Assembly (NCBI GenBank): GCA_963833985.1
Contig: CAWIAD010000002.1
Coordinates: 5,280,001-5,344,000, forward strand
Direction of reading: 5' to 3'
DNA: 64,000 nucleotides
Source of the DNA: an uncultured Planctomycetaceae bacterium
GTDB taxonomy: Bacteria > Planctomycetota > Planctomycetia > Isosphaerales > Isosphaeraceae
Position numbers and translations under genes: made by a program. Every line of letters begins with the position of its first letter. The first letter of the stretch is position 1. Below are positions 13,246 to 24,711 of this stretch, in pieces. The notes below the pieces were generated by a model. It ran no database searches and was not told where the DNA came from. It saw only the letters and a list, made by a program, of their open reading frames with translations.

Positions 13246-14304
13246 CTACGACACGCGCGGAGGCGCCGAGGGCGCGGGATCGGCCGGTTTGGCGGGGGCC
13301 GGCTTCTCCCGGTCGCGGTCACGCTCCCGGTCGCGGTCGCGTTCTCTCTCGGAACGGTTGGGCGCCGGAGCCGCTGGCTCGGTATCCGTATCTTGCCATT
13401 TCATGGCGCGGGCATGCCGCATGGGGGCCACGCGCAAGATGACCTCACCGCCCTGGAAGAGCCGCACGGCGCCGTTGGACTGGCTGACCACCACGCCCAC
13501 GGCCTGGGTCACAGCCGTGATGGCCGCGGCCGCCCAGTGCCGCGTGCCCAGCCCCTTGGGCACGCTCAGGCCGGTCACGGGGGCGTCAACCAGGCGGCAG
13601 GCCGCCTCCACCGTACCGTCGCGCGCCACGATGAACGCTCCGTCCATCTGGGCGATCTCCTTGATCGCCTCGCGGACGCGGGGATCGCGGACGTTGCGCT
13701 CCTTGCGGCGATAGCCCTTGAATGGGTCGAATCCCAGGGGGCGGGTGCGGGGCAGCACGTTGCGGGCGTCGCCAACGACGATGAGCGTGCCGACGGCCTT
13801 CCCTTCGCGGCCCTCGCGGCCGATCTCCACCGCGGTGTCCACCACGGCCTTGAGCGTCTCGAAGGGAACGCACGTTTCCAGGGCGCGGAGGTCGCGCGCG
13901 GTGAGCCGCTCCAGGTGTTCACCCAGGCGGATGATCGCCAGCGAGTCCAGCGCCTCGGCCTCGAACCCCGAGTAGACCACCACCACGCGGGCGCCCGCCT
14001 TGAGCTGATCGTTGGAGACCGCCTCGATCAGGGCCAGGCTGATGCGCTCGGCGATGGCGGCCTCGGTGGGCTCGAGCTCGATCGCGGCCAGGCCCACCTT
14101 GCGCACGACTTCCGCATGCCGCGGCGAGGTGGACGCCACGAACACCGCGACGCCTCCCGCGCAGACCGAGCGCACCAGCTCCCATTCCATCGGGCCCTCG
14201 GGCATGATCAGCACGCCCGCCGCGCCCAGCCGCTCGGCCGCCTCGCAAGCAAGCGAGAGGATCGGCAAGGGCGCGGTGGCCTTCGAGACGAGATTGGGAG
14301 TCAC
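13246..14304 (-). CDS. Diadenylate cyclase (DisA_N/DAC domain) with N-terminal PK_C-like domain
   Basis: GREGREG, MDGAFIV (DGA motif), GLGTRHWAA, VVSQSNG. Confidence 0.85.
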   Translation of the reverse strand: MTPNLVSKATAPLPILSLACEAAERLGAAGVLIMPEGPMEWELVRSVCAGGVAVFVASTSPRHAEVVRKVGLAAIELEPTEAAIAERISLALIEAVSNDQLKAGARVVVVYSGFEAEALDSLAIIRLGEHLERLTARDLRALETCVPFETLKAVVDTAVEIGREGREGKAVGTLIVVGDARNVLPRTRPLGFDPFKGYRRKERNVRDPRVREAIKEIAQMDGAFIVARDGTVEAACRLVDAPVTGLSVPKGLGTRHWAAAAITAVTQAVGVVVSQSNGAVRLFQGGEVILRVAPMRHARAMKWQDTDTEPAAPAPNRSERERDRDRERDRDREKPAPAKPADPAPSAPPRVS

Positions 14305-14382
14305 GGTGTGCGGCCTCAGACGGAGAACGGGCCGCGATCGGCCGGAACCGAGCGGCACAGCCCGGGGAAAGGTCCGTGACCG

Positions 14383-15099
14383 CTACTTCTTCTTGGGCTC
14401 TTCCTTCTTTGCCTCGTCCTTCTTGGGCTCGGCGGGCTTGGGCTCGGCGGGCTTGGCCGCAGAGCTTGGCCCCTTGGCCTTGCGGACCTCATCAATATAC
14501 TTGTTCAGCATGTTGGCGCGCTGATCATACCACTGCTTCAGGCCGGCGCTCGGGTTCACGATGCGCAGGTCGTTCTGAGGGTTGATGTTCACTCCCTCGA
14601 GCGTCTTGTTGTAGCCGGTGAACCAGCCGCAGAAGACCTCGGGCGTCACGGTCCAGACGGGCTTCTTCGCGGCGGGGTTCTTGAGCGTCTTCGCATCGAA
14701 CGCGTAGCCCTTGATCAGGATGTCGAGGATGGGCGGCGGGTCGATGGAGCTATCGACGAGCCCCGCGTCCTCGGCGGCGACGATGGCCTCGGCCACGGCA
14801 TGACGGGCCTTCTCAAGCTTCTCTTCCACCTCCTTGGGAATCGTCGGCGGAGGAACCTCCACCGGCTTCTCAGCCTCCTTCTTGGCGGCCTCCTCCTTCT
14901 TGGCGGCCTCCTCCTTCTTGGCGGCCTCCTCCTTCTTGGCCGTATCAGTCTGGGGAGCCTCCGGTTTGCTGGCCTCAGCCTTGGCGGCCGGCGCGGCCTC
15001 CTTCTTCGTCTCCTGGGCCAGCGAAGTCCCGGAACAGATGATGGCCAGCCCCAATCCCAGCCCCCATGGCAGCGCGAGTGCAACGACGCGACGGATCAC
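14383..15099 (-). CDS. Secreted hypothetical protein with Lys/Glu/Ala/Pro-rich termini
   Basis: AAGGAG RBS before GTG, signal peptide, KKEEAA x3 repeat. Confidence 0.75.
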   Translation of the reverse strand: MIRRVVALALPWGLGLGLAIICSGTSLAQETKKEAAPAAKAEASKPEAPQTDTAKKEEAAKKEEAAKKEEAAKKEAEKPVEVPPPTIPKEVEEKLEKARHAVAEAIVAAEDAGLVDSSIDPPPILDILIKGYAFDAKTLKNPAAKKPVWTVTPEVFCGWFTGYNKTLEGVNINPQNDLRIVNPSAGLKQWYDQRANMLNKYIDEVRKAKGPSSAAKPAEPKPAEPKKDEAKKEEPKKK

Positions 15100-15547
15100 T
15101 AGCGGATCTCCTTGTTCAAAGCCACATACGGATACGCCCGCCCCTGTGCGAATCGGGACGGCTCGCAACGCAATCGGTTCCGCGGGCCAGGCGACCTCCC
15201 GGTGCTGGACCCGCCGGAACACTTGGTTGAGCCGAGTTTAACGGCGATCACGCCGGCGTGCCAGGGACATCGGGCCCGATGTCGTGTCCAGCAGAGCGGT
15301 CCGGAGGTCGGGCCCAGGACCGTGGTCCAGAAGTCGGGCCGCAGACAAGCCGTGTGCCATGGGTTCGCCAGATCTCCTACCTTCCCTGGTTGCTTAAGTG
15401 CTGGGGGTCCGCTCGTGCCGGGCTTGCCAGAAACTTACGTTATGCCGAGAAGACGGATTGCCGAAAGAATAACAGGTCGTCTGGCAGCGACCGAAGGCTG
15501 CCAGGCAGGGTTCGTCACGCGATCGGCGGAGGTCAGGGAGGACCGTG

Positions 15548-17647
15548 ATGGGACGCACATCGTCAAGCAAGCCGGGCAATCCGAAGCGACGAACCAGGCC
15601 GAGGGTCGAAGGGCTGGAGCAGCGCTGGGTTCCCAGCCAGGCCGCGGGCGGCATGGCGATCGCCCCGGCTTCGAGCCCTTTGACCGGTGAGTTCTTCCAT
15701 AATTATCAGCAGTTCAACTACACCACGCCACAGGGCACGCATGTCGAGCTGAAATTCGTTGGCCGGGGCAGCTTCCAGGGCACAAGCGTGGACTCGTCGG
15801 GTGCCTTGCACCTGTTATTCAGCAAGACCAATTCCTACACCAAGATCACCAGCAACGTGCACGGCGGCACCGGCCAGGCCGACCTGGCCAGTATCTATAG
15901 CGCGGACCTTTACAACAACTACGCCGTGACCAGCCTGAGCGGCATCGGCGGCACGGTGCTCGCCGGAATCAGCCTGCCGAACTTCAACCTCATCCCCGGC
16001 GGTATCATCAACCTCACCGCCGGCATCGACAATCTGAATCTGAATTCGGCGGGCCCGAACTCACAGATCGAGATGCGGTACCTGCCGCAGAGCACATCGA
16101 GCTCCAGCACCAGCTCGAGTTCGAGCTCCACCACGAATACCTCGTCCAGCTCGACAACCGGCTCCGCTTCCTCGACAACGCAGGGCACCAGCTCGACCAT
16201 CAGCTCGGGGACCAGCCAGAACAACAACTCCAGTATCATCGTCACCGGAGCGTTCACCGTGCAGTCGCTGGCCGGGATCAGCGGCGAATTCATCACGGCG
16301 GGCAACATCGTCAACGTCACGACCAACGGGACTCCGCCACCTCCGCCAGCGCCGCCGGGCGTGGTCCTGAAGATCAATCACATCAACGGCAACATCACCA
16401 CCCCGCCGAACCTGCTCACCGACAAACTCATCTTCGGCTACGACGCGGCAACCGGGCAGGTGGTCCGGTTCAACATCACGCCCACGATCGACGCGGCCGC
16501 GGGCAACGTCGACATGGCACGGCAGACCGGAACGATCGACCCGACCTGGACGCCAATTCAGGTACAGGCGCCCGGAGCGACATCGCCCGTGGCGATTTCC
16601 GTGGGACGTGACGGCCCGCGCCTGGTCCTCCTGGTGAGCACGGGCTCGAAGATCTACACATTCGACGCCACCTATGGAACGCCCATCGGCTCGTTCACCG
16701 CTCCGGCCGGGTTCACCGTCACCACGATGGGCTCGACCGACACGCTCACGGTGCTGGGTGATACCGCGACCAACAAGTTGGAGATGATTGACATTCCGCG
16801 CAGCCTGGCCGCCGGCACAGCCGAGCCGCCGGTCAACCCCAGCCCCTTTCCGCAGCCTTTCAGCTATACGCCGCCGGCCGGGTTCACGCTCGTGGGTGGA
16901 CTGACGGGACTGGTCGGCTCGAACCAGGTCTACCCCACCATCGCGGCCACGTTCAACTCGTTCCAGCCCAGCACCACGGAACTGGGCCTCCTGACGGCAA
17001 GCACCTCGAACACAATCCCCAACGCCGCCGGCGGCCTGACCCTGGTGCGCAGCTTCGGCACGGTCTCGGAGCAGGCCATCAAGGTGGGCAGCAACTACAT
17101 TCCCGTGAACCCCAGCAGTAATCCTGGCTACATCGGTGTCTCGGAAGGCTCGGTCGATTCATCGCTGGCCATCAATACCCTGGGCGCCAGTACGACCACC
17201 CCCACGACCTACTCCAACCACGTGACCCTGCTCGGCCCCAGCTCGCTCACCAACCGCGGCACGATCACGCTGAAGACGACCGACCCGATCACGGACCTGA
17301 GCGAGAGCTTCCGCGCTGACCTCACCGGCTCGACGGCCAACGGCCCTGGCCCGGTTGTGGTCGACGTGCAGGGAACACTCCAGTCGCTGCGCGGGCTTTC
17401 GGCCAACGGCCTGGTGCTCAACAACACCGGCTACCTGAACCTCATTCGCACCGGCACGATCTCCAACTCCACCATCCTGGCCCAGCCCATCGGCCACATC
17501 CTCACGCCGCAGTCGAAGCGCAGCAACGTGCTGCTCATCTCCACGAACAACCGCGACTTCGGCCACCGCGGTGGCGTGAACTACCTGGCCGCCGGACTGT
17601 ACCAGGTTGGCCCGCTGGCGCTGACCAATGACCGCCCGGCGCCGTGA
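15548..17647 (+). CDS. Planctomycete extracellular protein (LEQR motif) with Ser/Thr-rich linker
   Basis: Basic N-terminus plus RPRVEGLEQRWVPS, 700-aa ORF with strong codon bias. Confidence 0.8.
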   Translation: MGRTSSSKPGNPKRRTRPRVEGLEQRWVPSQAAGGMAIAPASSPLTGEFFHNYQQFNYTTPQGTHVELKFVGRGSFQGTSVDSSGALHLLFSKTNSYTKITSNVHGGTGQADLASIYSADLYNNYAVTSLSGIGGTVLAGISLPNFNLIPGGIINLTAGIDNLNLNSAGPNSQIEMRYLPQSTSSSSTSSSSSSTTNTSSSSTTGSASSTTQGTSSTISSGTSQNNNSSIIVTGAFTVQSLAGISGEFITAGNIVNVTTNGTPPPPPAPPGVVLKINHINGNITTPPNLLTDKLIFGYDAATGQVVRFNITPTIDAAAGNVDMARQTGTIDPTWTPIQVQAPGATSPVAISVGRDGPRLVLLVSTGSKIYTFDATYGTPIGSFTAPAGFTVTTMGSTDTLTVLGDTATNKLEMIDIPRSLAAGTAEPPVNPSPFPQPFSYTPPAGFTLVGGLTGLVGSNQVYPTIAATFNSFQPSTTELGLLTASTSNTIPNAAGGLTLVRSFGTVSEQAIKVGSNYIPVNPSSNPGYIGVSEGSVDSSLAINTLGASTTTPTTYSNHVTLLGPSSLTNRGTITLKTTDPITDLSESFRADLTGSTANGPGPVVVDVQGTLQSLRGLSANGLVLNNTGYLNLIRTGTISNSTILAQPIGHILTPQSKRSNVLLISTNNRDFGHRGGVNYLAAGLYQVGPLALTNDRPAP

Positions 17648-17861
17648 GCGGTCGGCCCTCCAGCGGGGTGGAGGTGACGCAAAGGTTCGCTTTCTTAATC
17701 AAAACTTCGTCAAAAAGAAGGGAAAATCACTCCCCGCTTACCGAAAAAAGTGGCTATAGTCCTACCTCACCGCCGACGCTGATATCGCCGTTGATCGCAG
17801 ATGATTGATGAAAGCAAGCGTGTACTTTGCACCGTTGCGCGGACAATCGCGGAAGGTGAAC

Positions 17862-18791
17862 ATGAGAACGAAGCGTGATCTGCTGGCGCCGTTGCCGTTG
17901 CCAGTGCTGGCGCGGCTGCTGGCCTGTGCCCTGCTTGCGGTCTCCGGGGCGAGTGGCCAGGAGCAGCGGGTGGAGCACGTGGTGATCGTGGGGGTGGACG
18001 GGCTCAGCCCTGACGGCGTCCGCAGGGCGCAGGCGCCGAACCTGGCACGGCTCATGAAAGAGGGGGCATTCACGCTGCATGCGCGGGGCGTGATGCCCAC
18101 GGTCAGCAGCCCGAACTGGGCGTCGATGATCATGGGCGCCGGGCCCGAGCAGCACGGCGTCACGTCGAACGACTGGGAGCCAGGCAAGGGAAGCATCGTG
18201 CCCACGGCCGAGGGCGCGCCGGGCATCTTCCCCACAGTCTTCGGAGTGTTGCGGGCCCAGCGGCCGAAAGCCAGGATCGCGGTCTTCCACGACTGGGACG
18301 GTTTCGGCCGGCTCTTCGAGCGCCCGGCCGTCGACCGCATCGAGGACAGCGACGGCCCGGTGAAGGCCGTCGAGCACGCCGTCGACTACATGAAGAAAGA
18401 GCGCCCGGCGCTGCTCTTCATCCACCTCGACCATGTGGACGACGCCGGGCACGCGCACGGCCACGGGTCGCCCGAGTACTACGCGTCCGTCGCCGAGGCC
18501 GACCGCCTCATCGGCCTTGTGCTCCGCGGGCTGGAATCCGCCGGCATCGCCCAGAGCACCGTCCTGCTGGTGACCTCCGACCACGGCGGCGTGGGCAAGA
18601 AGCATGGCGGCAACACCATGGCCGAGATCGAGATCCCCTGGATCGTCCACGGCCCGGGCGTCGTCGCCGGCAAGGATCTGGCAACGCCGGTCAGCACCTG
18701 CGACACGGCCGCGACCGTGGCCTTCCTGCTGGGTTTGAAGCCGCCGGCCTGCTGGATTGGCCGCCCCGTCACCGAGGCGTTCGGCTACTGA
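17862..18791 (+). CDS. Alkaline phosphatase superfamily / nucleotide pyrophosphatase-phosphodiesterase
   Basis: VGVDGL, PTVSSPNW, DDAGH, VTSDHGG, signal peptide. Confidence 0.9.
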   Translation: MRTKRDLLAPLPLPVLARLLACALLAVSGASGQEQRVEHVVIVGVDGLSPDGVRRAQAPNLARLMKEGAFTLHARGVMPTVSSPNWASMIMGAGPEQHGVTSNDWEPGKGSIVPTAEGAPGIFPTVFGVLRAQRPKARIAVFHDWDGFGRLFERPAVDRIEDSDGPVKAVEHAVDYMKKERPALLFIHLDHVDDAGHAHGHGSPEYYASVAEADRLIGLVLRGLESAGIAQSTVLLVTSDHGGVGKKHGGNTMAEIEIPWIVHGPGVVAGKDLATPVSTCDTAATVAFLLGLKPPACWIGRPVTEAFGY

Positions 18792-18827
18792 TCGTTCCCC
18801 CAGCGAAACCACAGAGGCCATTTAGTT

Positions 18828-19387
18828 ATGTGCACGCGTTGGCTGTTCGCAGCTGCTCTGCTGGCTGTGACCTGCGCTTCCTGTTCGCGATCAAGCCTGG
18901 GACTTTACCCGGTCTACGGCACCGTCACGTACAATGGTCAGCCCGCGGCCGGTGCCATCGTCTACTTCCACCAGAAGGGTGGGACAGCCGCCGGTTTTCA
19001 GGGTCAGATCCCGACAGGGATCGTCGACTCGAACGGGCATTTCTCGCTCGAATGCGGCGTCTGGCCCGGGCTCTGGCTGCCGGCCAGTACGTTGTGCTGG
19101 TGCAGTGGCCCGATGATTCTGTCTCGCAAGCCCAGGCCGCTGAGGAGAATGCCAAGACAAAAGGCGCCAGGGCTTCGGAGAAGGTCAGGGCCCGCAAGAT
19201 GAAACTTGACCATATTCCCAGCGACCGGCTCAAGGGTCGGTATGCAGCTGCCGATCGGCCCTTGTTGACCGCCGAGGTGAAGGCCCAGACCAATACCCTA
19301 CCTTTGTTTGAACTTCAGGATGGTCTCCCACCCGCCGAGGAGAAGAAGGCGCGACGTGCACTCAAAGGCACAGGGGACCCAGGTTGA
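18828..19387 (+). CDS. Carboxypeptidase-regulatory-like lipoprotein (DUF1559 partner), frameshift near 19060
   Basis: Lipobox-like CASC, YPVYGTVTYNGQP..GA.V.F, GQYVVLVQW...DRLKGRY. Confidence 0.75.
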
Positions 19388-19477
19388 TCAGACTCGGTTC
19401 GTCACAACGCCAACAACTGTGGTCGCTTCCATTAACCGGTTTGCCGATTTCGTCACCTTCACCTTGATGAGGACCCC

Positions 19478-20624
19478 ATGAATCGATCGCGGAGAAAACA
19501 ACAAGCAGCCTTCACACTCATCGAACTTCTCGTCGTGATCGCGATCATCGCGGTGCTGATCTCGCTGCTGCTTCCGGCCGTTCAGTCAGCGCGAGGCCGC
19601 TCGACGGGCTCAGTGTGTCAACAACATGAAGCAAATCGGGCTCGCCACGATGAACTTTGAAAGCGTTAATGGCTGGATGCCCCCCGACGTCGATTACCTC
19701 ACCCCTCCCTATCTCCCGGATCCAGACCCATCGGTTCAAGGCTAGGGGACCAATGGGCAAGAGAGAGCCGGCAACTTCACGTCGGTCCTTCCATTCCTCG
19801 AACAACAGAATACCTATAATCTGATCAACCTCAGTCGCAGCGCCTTCGACCAGATCAACATTCCCCCATTCACACCCAACTCCGGCAGTTTGTACAACGG
19901 GGTAGGTCAGTGTTCGGCCTATTCGACGGTGATCAACACATTCCTCTGCCCGTCCTCGCCCGTTGATGGGCCCATCAATTACTACAACACCGTGTATAGT
20001 GGCTTCGGGGACGGCAGCGGAAATCCCATTCCCAGTCCTCCGACCAATATCTGGAGTCGGTCAGACTACTTCGCAACGCCGGGGTTCCATACATCGCTGC
20101 TCCTCAAGCTCGGATACTCCCAGACTGCGGCGAACCAGCTCACGAATACCGACAGCGGAGTGATATGCGATCTCTCGACAGTGAACCAAACCACCGGACT
20201 TGTGAACACACCGATTCCCCACGTGCGAATTTCCAGCATCACGGATGGCACGTCGAACTCCATGATGATCAGTGAGGACGCGGGCCGGCCCGTCGGCTAC
20301 AACCACAACCGGCAGATCTACGCTCAGTATGGTGCTCCCGTCGATGGTGTGCTCAATCCAGTCAGCGGTGGTGGCGGCGCCTGGGCCGACCCCTTCTCGT
20401 TCGCTCACCTCGCCGGCTCCTCCGCCGACGGCCTTCGGGGCAACGGGATCTGCTTGATCAACTGCACCTCGAACAATGAGATCTATTCCTTCCACCCCGG
20501 TGGAGCGAACATGCTCTTCGCCGACGGCTCGGTGCATTTCATCAAGGAATCCGCGAATCCGTTGATCATCGTCGCGCTGATCACTCGCGCCGGTGGTGAA
20601 ATCATCAGCGCCGACCAGTACTGA
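19478..20624 (+). CDS. DUF1559 prepilin-type N-terminal cleavage/methylation protein, frameshifts near 19592 and 19775
   Basis: [71 protein letters not shown]. Confidence 0.95.
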
Positions 20625-20856
20625 GCCGAGCCGCCCCCTGCACTTCTCACCCTCTCCCCGGCGCCCGCAGCACCCCCTCCGGGCGTTCTGCTTTACAGCC
20701 GGCGGCCGGCTTCGCAAGAATCGGCAAGAACACTCGAACTTCCGGTAGGCGGCCGACTCCGGCACCCCGGCGCGGGTCGATTCGGTCCGGTCCAGTCCAG
20801 TCCGGTCGGCACCCGAAGCGAACGGGAGTCGCACCATCACAAAAAAGGGGGCGACC

Positions 20857-22275
20857 GTGCGGCGCATTCTTTGGCCACCCAGTCAGGCGCTCGCAGCCTG
20901 GGCGATCGCGGTTTGTCTTTCCAGTCCTCTGCTGCTGGCCGGGCCTGTGCCGCCGCATTCCGGGGAACTCCCGGCGCGCGTCGAGGCCTACATGGCGGCG
21001 CGGGTGCAGCGCGACCACTTCAGCGGCTCGGTCCTGATCGCACGCGACGGCCAGGTCCTCTTCAGCAAGGGCTATGGCATGGCGAACTTCGAGCACGACG
21101 TTCCCAACACCCCGCATACCAAGTTCCGGCTGGGCTCGATCACCAAGCAGTTCACCGCGATGGCCGTCCTGATGCTCCAGCAGCAGGGCAAGCTGAACGT
21201 CCATGATCGCGTCAAGGTCTACTTGCCGGACGCACCCGAGGCCTGGAAGGACGTCACCATCGAGCACTTGCTGACGCATACCTCGGGCATCTTCAATTAC
21301 ACCGAATCGCTGATGTTTCTGAAATCGCTCCCCGTGCACACGACCCTCAAGGAGCTGATCGGCACGTTCAGGGACAGGCCGCTCAACTTCAAGCCGGGCA
21401 CTCGCTTCAGCTACAGCAACTCGGGCTACATCTTGCTCGGCCAGATCATCGAGACCGCCTCGGGACAGAGCTATCCCTCGTTCCTCAAGCAGTCGATCTT
21501 CGACCCGCTGGGAATGAACGAGACGGGCTACGACAGTGCGGCCCCGCTGCTCAAGCACCGCGCCTCGGGCTACGTCCGCCGGCTCGGGTTCGTGCTGTCC
21601 AACTGTGACTACATCGACATGTCCATTCCCCACGCCGCCGGTGCACTTTATTCCACGACGCTCGACCTGCTGAAATGGGACCAGGCACTGTACGGCGAGC
21701 GGCTCGTCCCGCGATCGGCGCTCGATGCGATGTTCACGCCTCACCAGGACCACTACGGCTACGGCTGGATGATCGGCCAGAAGTTCGGCCGGAAGCGATA
21801 CGCGCACGGGGGCGGGATCATGGGGTTCGTGACCATGATCGAACGCTTCCCCGAGGAGCGGCTGCTTGTCGTCGCGCTCAGCAACCTGGAAAATACCCCC
21901 ATCGGACCGATCGGCGATGACCTGGCCGCCATCGCGCTGGGCCTGCGCTACGTGGTGCCCCGCGAACCCAGCGTCGCCCGGCTGGACGACTCCGCCCTCG
22001 ACGCCTGCCCGGGCCGTTACGAGACCGGCGGCGACCCCAGGAACCGCAAGCGTTTCACCGTCACGCGTGGTGGTACCCGCCTCTGGTGCGAGCCCGACGG
22101 TAAGCCGCGTTTCGAGCTGACGCCCGAATCCGAGACCCTGTTCTACATCAAGGGCATCGATTCCGAGGCCCGGTTTGTCAGGGACGGGGCCGGCAAGGTG
22201 ACCCACCTGGTCCTGATCGAAGACGGCCACGATCTGACCGCCACGCGGTTACCGGCGGACAAGGCCCACCCCTGA
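20857..22275 (+). CDS. Serine hydrolase (beta-lactamase/AmpC-like family) with C-terminal DUF3471-like domain
   Basis: SITK (SxxK), YSN, HGG, LLTHTSG. Confidence 0.92.
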   Translation: MRRILWPPSQALAAWAIAVCLSSPLLLAGPVPPHSGELPARVEAYMAARVQRDHFSGSVLIARDGQVLFSKGYGMANFEHDVPNTPHTKFRLGSITKQFTAMAVLMLQQQGKLNVHDRVKVYLPDAPEAWKDVTIEHLLTHTSGIFNYTESLMFLKSLPVHTTLKELIGTFRDRPLNFKPGTRFSYSNSGYILLGQIIETASGQSYPSFLKQSIFDPLGMNETGYDSAAPLLKHRASGYVRRLGFVLSNCDYIDMSIPHAAGALYSTTLDLLKWDQALYGERLVPRSALDAMFTPHQDHYGYGWMIGQKFGRKRYAHGGGIMGFVTMIERFPEERLLVVALSNLENTPIGPIGDDLAAIALGLRYVVPREPSVARLDDSALDACPGRYETGGDPRNRKRFTVTRGGTRLWCEPDGKPRFELTPESETLFYIKGIDSEARFVRDGAGKVTHLVLIEDGHDLTATRLPADKAHP

Positions 22276-22495
22276 GCCCGGTGAACGCTCCGGCAGCCAG
22301 AAAACTCCACGCAGCGTCGGGCGGCAAGGCTCGCGCTGTCCCGAACCCAGCAGACCCAGGTGCGCCGTGCGGTGGCTTCCCGCCTGGGCTGACGGAGCGC
22401 CGCGACGCGGACGCTTTACCGGTGACTGCACCCAGGTGGGGCGAGTATGCTTGGGATGTCTTGCCCGATGCACGATGGTACCGAGGGATGCCTGG

Positions 22496-24706
22496 ATGCT
22501 TCACTCTCTGCTGGCTCTTGCCTTTTGTTGCACGGCAGTACCGGCGGACGGTGGTGAAACTCCCCACCCGGCGCCGCGAATCGACTTCCAGCGCGACGTG
22601 CGGCCGATCCTGGCCGGGCACTGTTTTGCCTGCCACGGCCCGAGCAAGCAGAAGGGCGGGCTGCGGCTCGATCGCAAGCGGCCCGCGCTTCAGGGGGGCG
22701 ACAGCGGGCCGGTCATCGTGCCGGGCAGGGCCGAAGAGAGCCTGGTCTTGCGGCTTGTCGCCGGCCTGGACGACGACCGCATCATGCCGCCAGGCGGGAA
22801 AAGGCTCGATGCCTGGCAACTGGCCACGCTCCGCGGCTGGATCGACCAGGGGGCGGACTGGCCCGCGGGAACCGAGAGCGGCGAGGACCCGCGCGATTGG
22901 TGGTCGCTGCGGCCGCTGGTGCGCCCCGCCGTGCCGGTGCTCGCTTTGGATGATCGTGCCGGCGCACGTAACCCGATCGACGCGTTCATCCGATCGAAGC
23001 TGCGGGAAAAGGGGCTGCCGTACGCGCATGAAGCAGACAGGCGCACGCTGGCCCGGCGGCTCCACTTCGATCTGATCGGCCTGCCGCCCACTGCCGGGGA
23101 GCTGAATGCTTTCGTGCGCGACGCCGCGCCGGACGCTTACGAGAAGCTGGTCGATCGCTTGCTGTCCAGCCCCCACCACGGCGAGCGCTGGGCACGGCAC
23201 TGGCTGGACGTCGTTCATTACGGAGACACCCACGGCTACGACAAGGACCAGCCCCGCCCCTGGGCCTGGCCCTATCGTGACTACGTCATCCGCGCATTCA
23301 ACGCCGACATGCCCTTTGGCCGGTTCGCTCGCCAGCAGATCGCCGGCGACGTGCTCGAGCCGGGCACGGCCGACGGCGTCATGGCCATGGGCTTCATCGC
23401 CGCGGGCCCCTGGGACCTGATCGGCCACGCCGAGGTGCCCGAAACGAAGCTCGACGGCCAGGTCGCCCGCCACCTGGACCGCGACGACATGGTGACGACC
23501 ACCATCAACACCTTCCTCAGCCTCACCATCCAGTGCGCCCAGTGCCACAACCACAAGTTCGATCCGATCCCGCAGGAAGAATACTACCGGCTCCAGGCCG
23601 TTTTCGCCGCGCTCGATCGCGCGGACCGGCCGTATCCGGGCAGGCCGGGATCGGCACCCGCGGGCATGGTTTATGCGGGGACCGTGCACAACGGCGGCAA
23701 GGCAGCGTTCCGCGGCACCGGCCCGGATGGCGGCAAGCCGAGGCGCATCTTCGTGCTCCGCCGGGGCGACATCAAAAGCCCGATCAAGGAGGTCGGCCCC
23801 GCGGCGCTTGGCCTGCTGCCCGAGCTGCCGGGAACCTTCGCGCTCGCCGCGCAGCACACCGAGGGCGACCGCCGCGCGGCACTGGCGCGCTGGCTGACCG
23901 ACGCGCGCAATGCACTCTTCTGGCGGTCGATCGTCAACCGCGTCTGGCAGTACCATTTCGGCCGCGGGATCGCCGCCACGCCCAACGACTTCGGCCGCAT
24001 GGGCCAGTTGCCCACGCATCCTGAGCTGCTCGACTGGCTGGCGGTTGAGTTCCGCGACGGCGGCCAGTCGCTCAAGGCGCTGCACCGCCTCATCGTCACC
24101 TCGGCCGCGTACCGGCAAGTTTCCGATGGCAACCCCGCAGCCGCGGCGAGCGACGCCGACAACGCGTACCTCTGGCGGATGAACCGCCGCAAGCTCGAGG
24201 CCGAGGCCATCCGCGACGCGGCGCTGAGCGTCGCGGGCAAGCTGGATACCACCATGTACGGCCCCGCCTTCCGCGACTTCGTGGTCGAGCATCCCGAGCA
24301 CTCACCGCATTACGAGTACGAACGGAACGATCCCGCCGACCCGAGCACCTTCCGCCGGGCGGTCTACCGGTTCCTCGTCCGCTCGCGGCCTCAGCCGTTC
24401 ATGGCCGCGCTCGACTGTGCTGATCCCTCGATGCAGGTCGACCGCCGCAACGAGACCGGCTCGCCGCTCCAGGCCCTGGCCCTGTATAACAACGGCTTCA
24501 TGCTCACCATGGCCCGATACCTGGCCGATCGTGTCGCGGGGAGGGGAAGCGCGCAGGACCAGGTCGCCGCAGCCTTCCAGGTGGCCCTGGGCCGCACCCC
24601 GACAGCCAAGGAACGAGACTTACTGGCCGATCATGCCGTCCGTTTCGGCTTGCCCGGCGCCTGCCGCGTGATCTTCAACATGAACGAATTCCTCTTCGTG
24701 GATTGA
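22496..24706 (+). CDS. Planctomycete cytochrome c / DUF1549 / DUF1553 protein
   Basis: CFACHG, NPIDAFI, GERWARHWLD, CAQCHNHKFDPI, PTHPELLDWLA. Confidence 0.95.
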   Translation: MLHSLLALAFCCTAVPADGGETPHPAPRIDFQRDVRPILAGHCFACHGPSKQKGGLRLDRKRPALQGGDSGPVIVPGRAEESLVLRLVAGLDDDRIMPPGGKRLDAWQLATLRGWIDQGADWPAGTESGEDPRDWWSLRPLVRPAVPVLALDDRAGARNPIDAFIRSKLREKGLPYAHEADRRTLARRLHFDLIGLPPTAGELNAFVRDAAPDAYEKLVDRLLSSPHHGERWARHWLDVVHYGDTHGYDKDQPRPWAWPYRDYVIRAFNADMPFGRFARQQIAGDVLEPGTADGVMAMGFIAAGPWDLIGHAEVPETKLDGQVARHLDRDDMVTTTINTFLSLTIQCAQCHNHKFDPIPQEEYYRLQAVFAALDRADRPYPGRPGSAPAGMVYAGTVHNGGKAAFRGTGPDGGKPRRIFVLRRGDIKSPIKEVGPAALGLLPELPGTFALAAQHTEGDRRAALARWLTDARNALFWRSIVNRVWQYHFGRGIAATPNDFGRMGQLPTHPELLDWLAVEFRDGGQSLKALHRLIVTSAAYRQVSDGNPAAAASDADNAYLWRMNRRKLEAEAIRDAALSVAGKLDTTMYGPAFRDFVVEHPEHSPHYEYERNDPADPSTFRRAVYRFLVRSRPQPFMAALDCADPSMQVDRRNETGSPLQALALYNNGFMLTMARYLADRVAGRGSAQDQVAAAFQVALGRTPTAKERDLLADHAVRFGLPGACRVIFNMNEFLFVD

Positions 24707-24711
24707 CCCCG

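Noticed and set aside
20857..22275. Antibiotic resistance genes (beta-lactamase; also Vgb-like 30048..32245 and Qnr-like 40336..41082)
   Set aside because: Only generic folds are shared; domain architecture and context do not support resistance functions.
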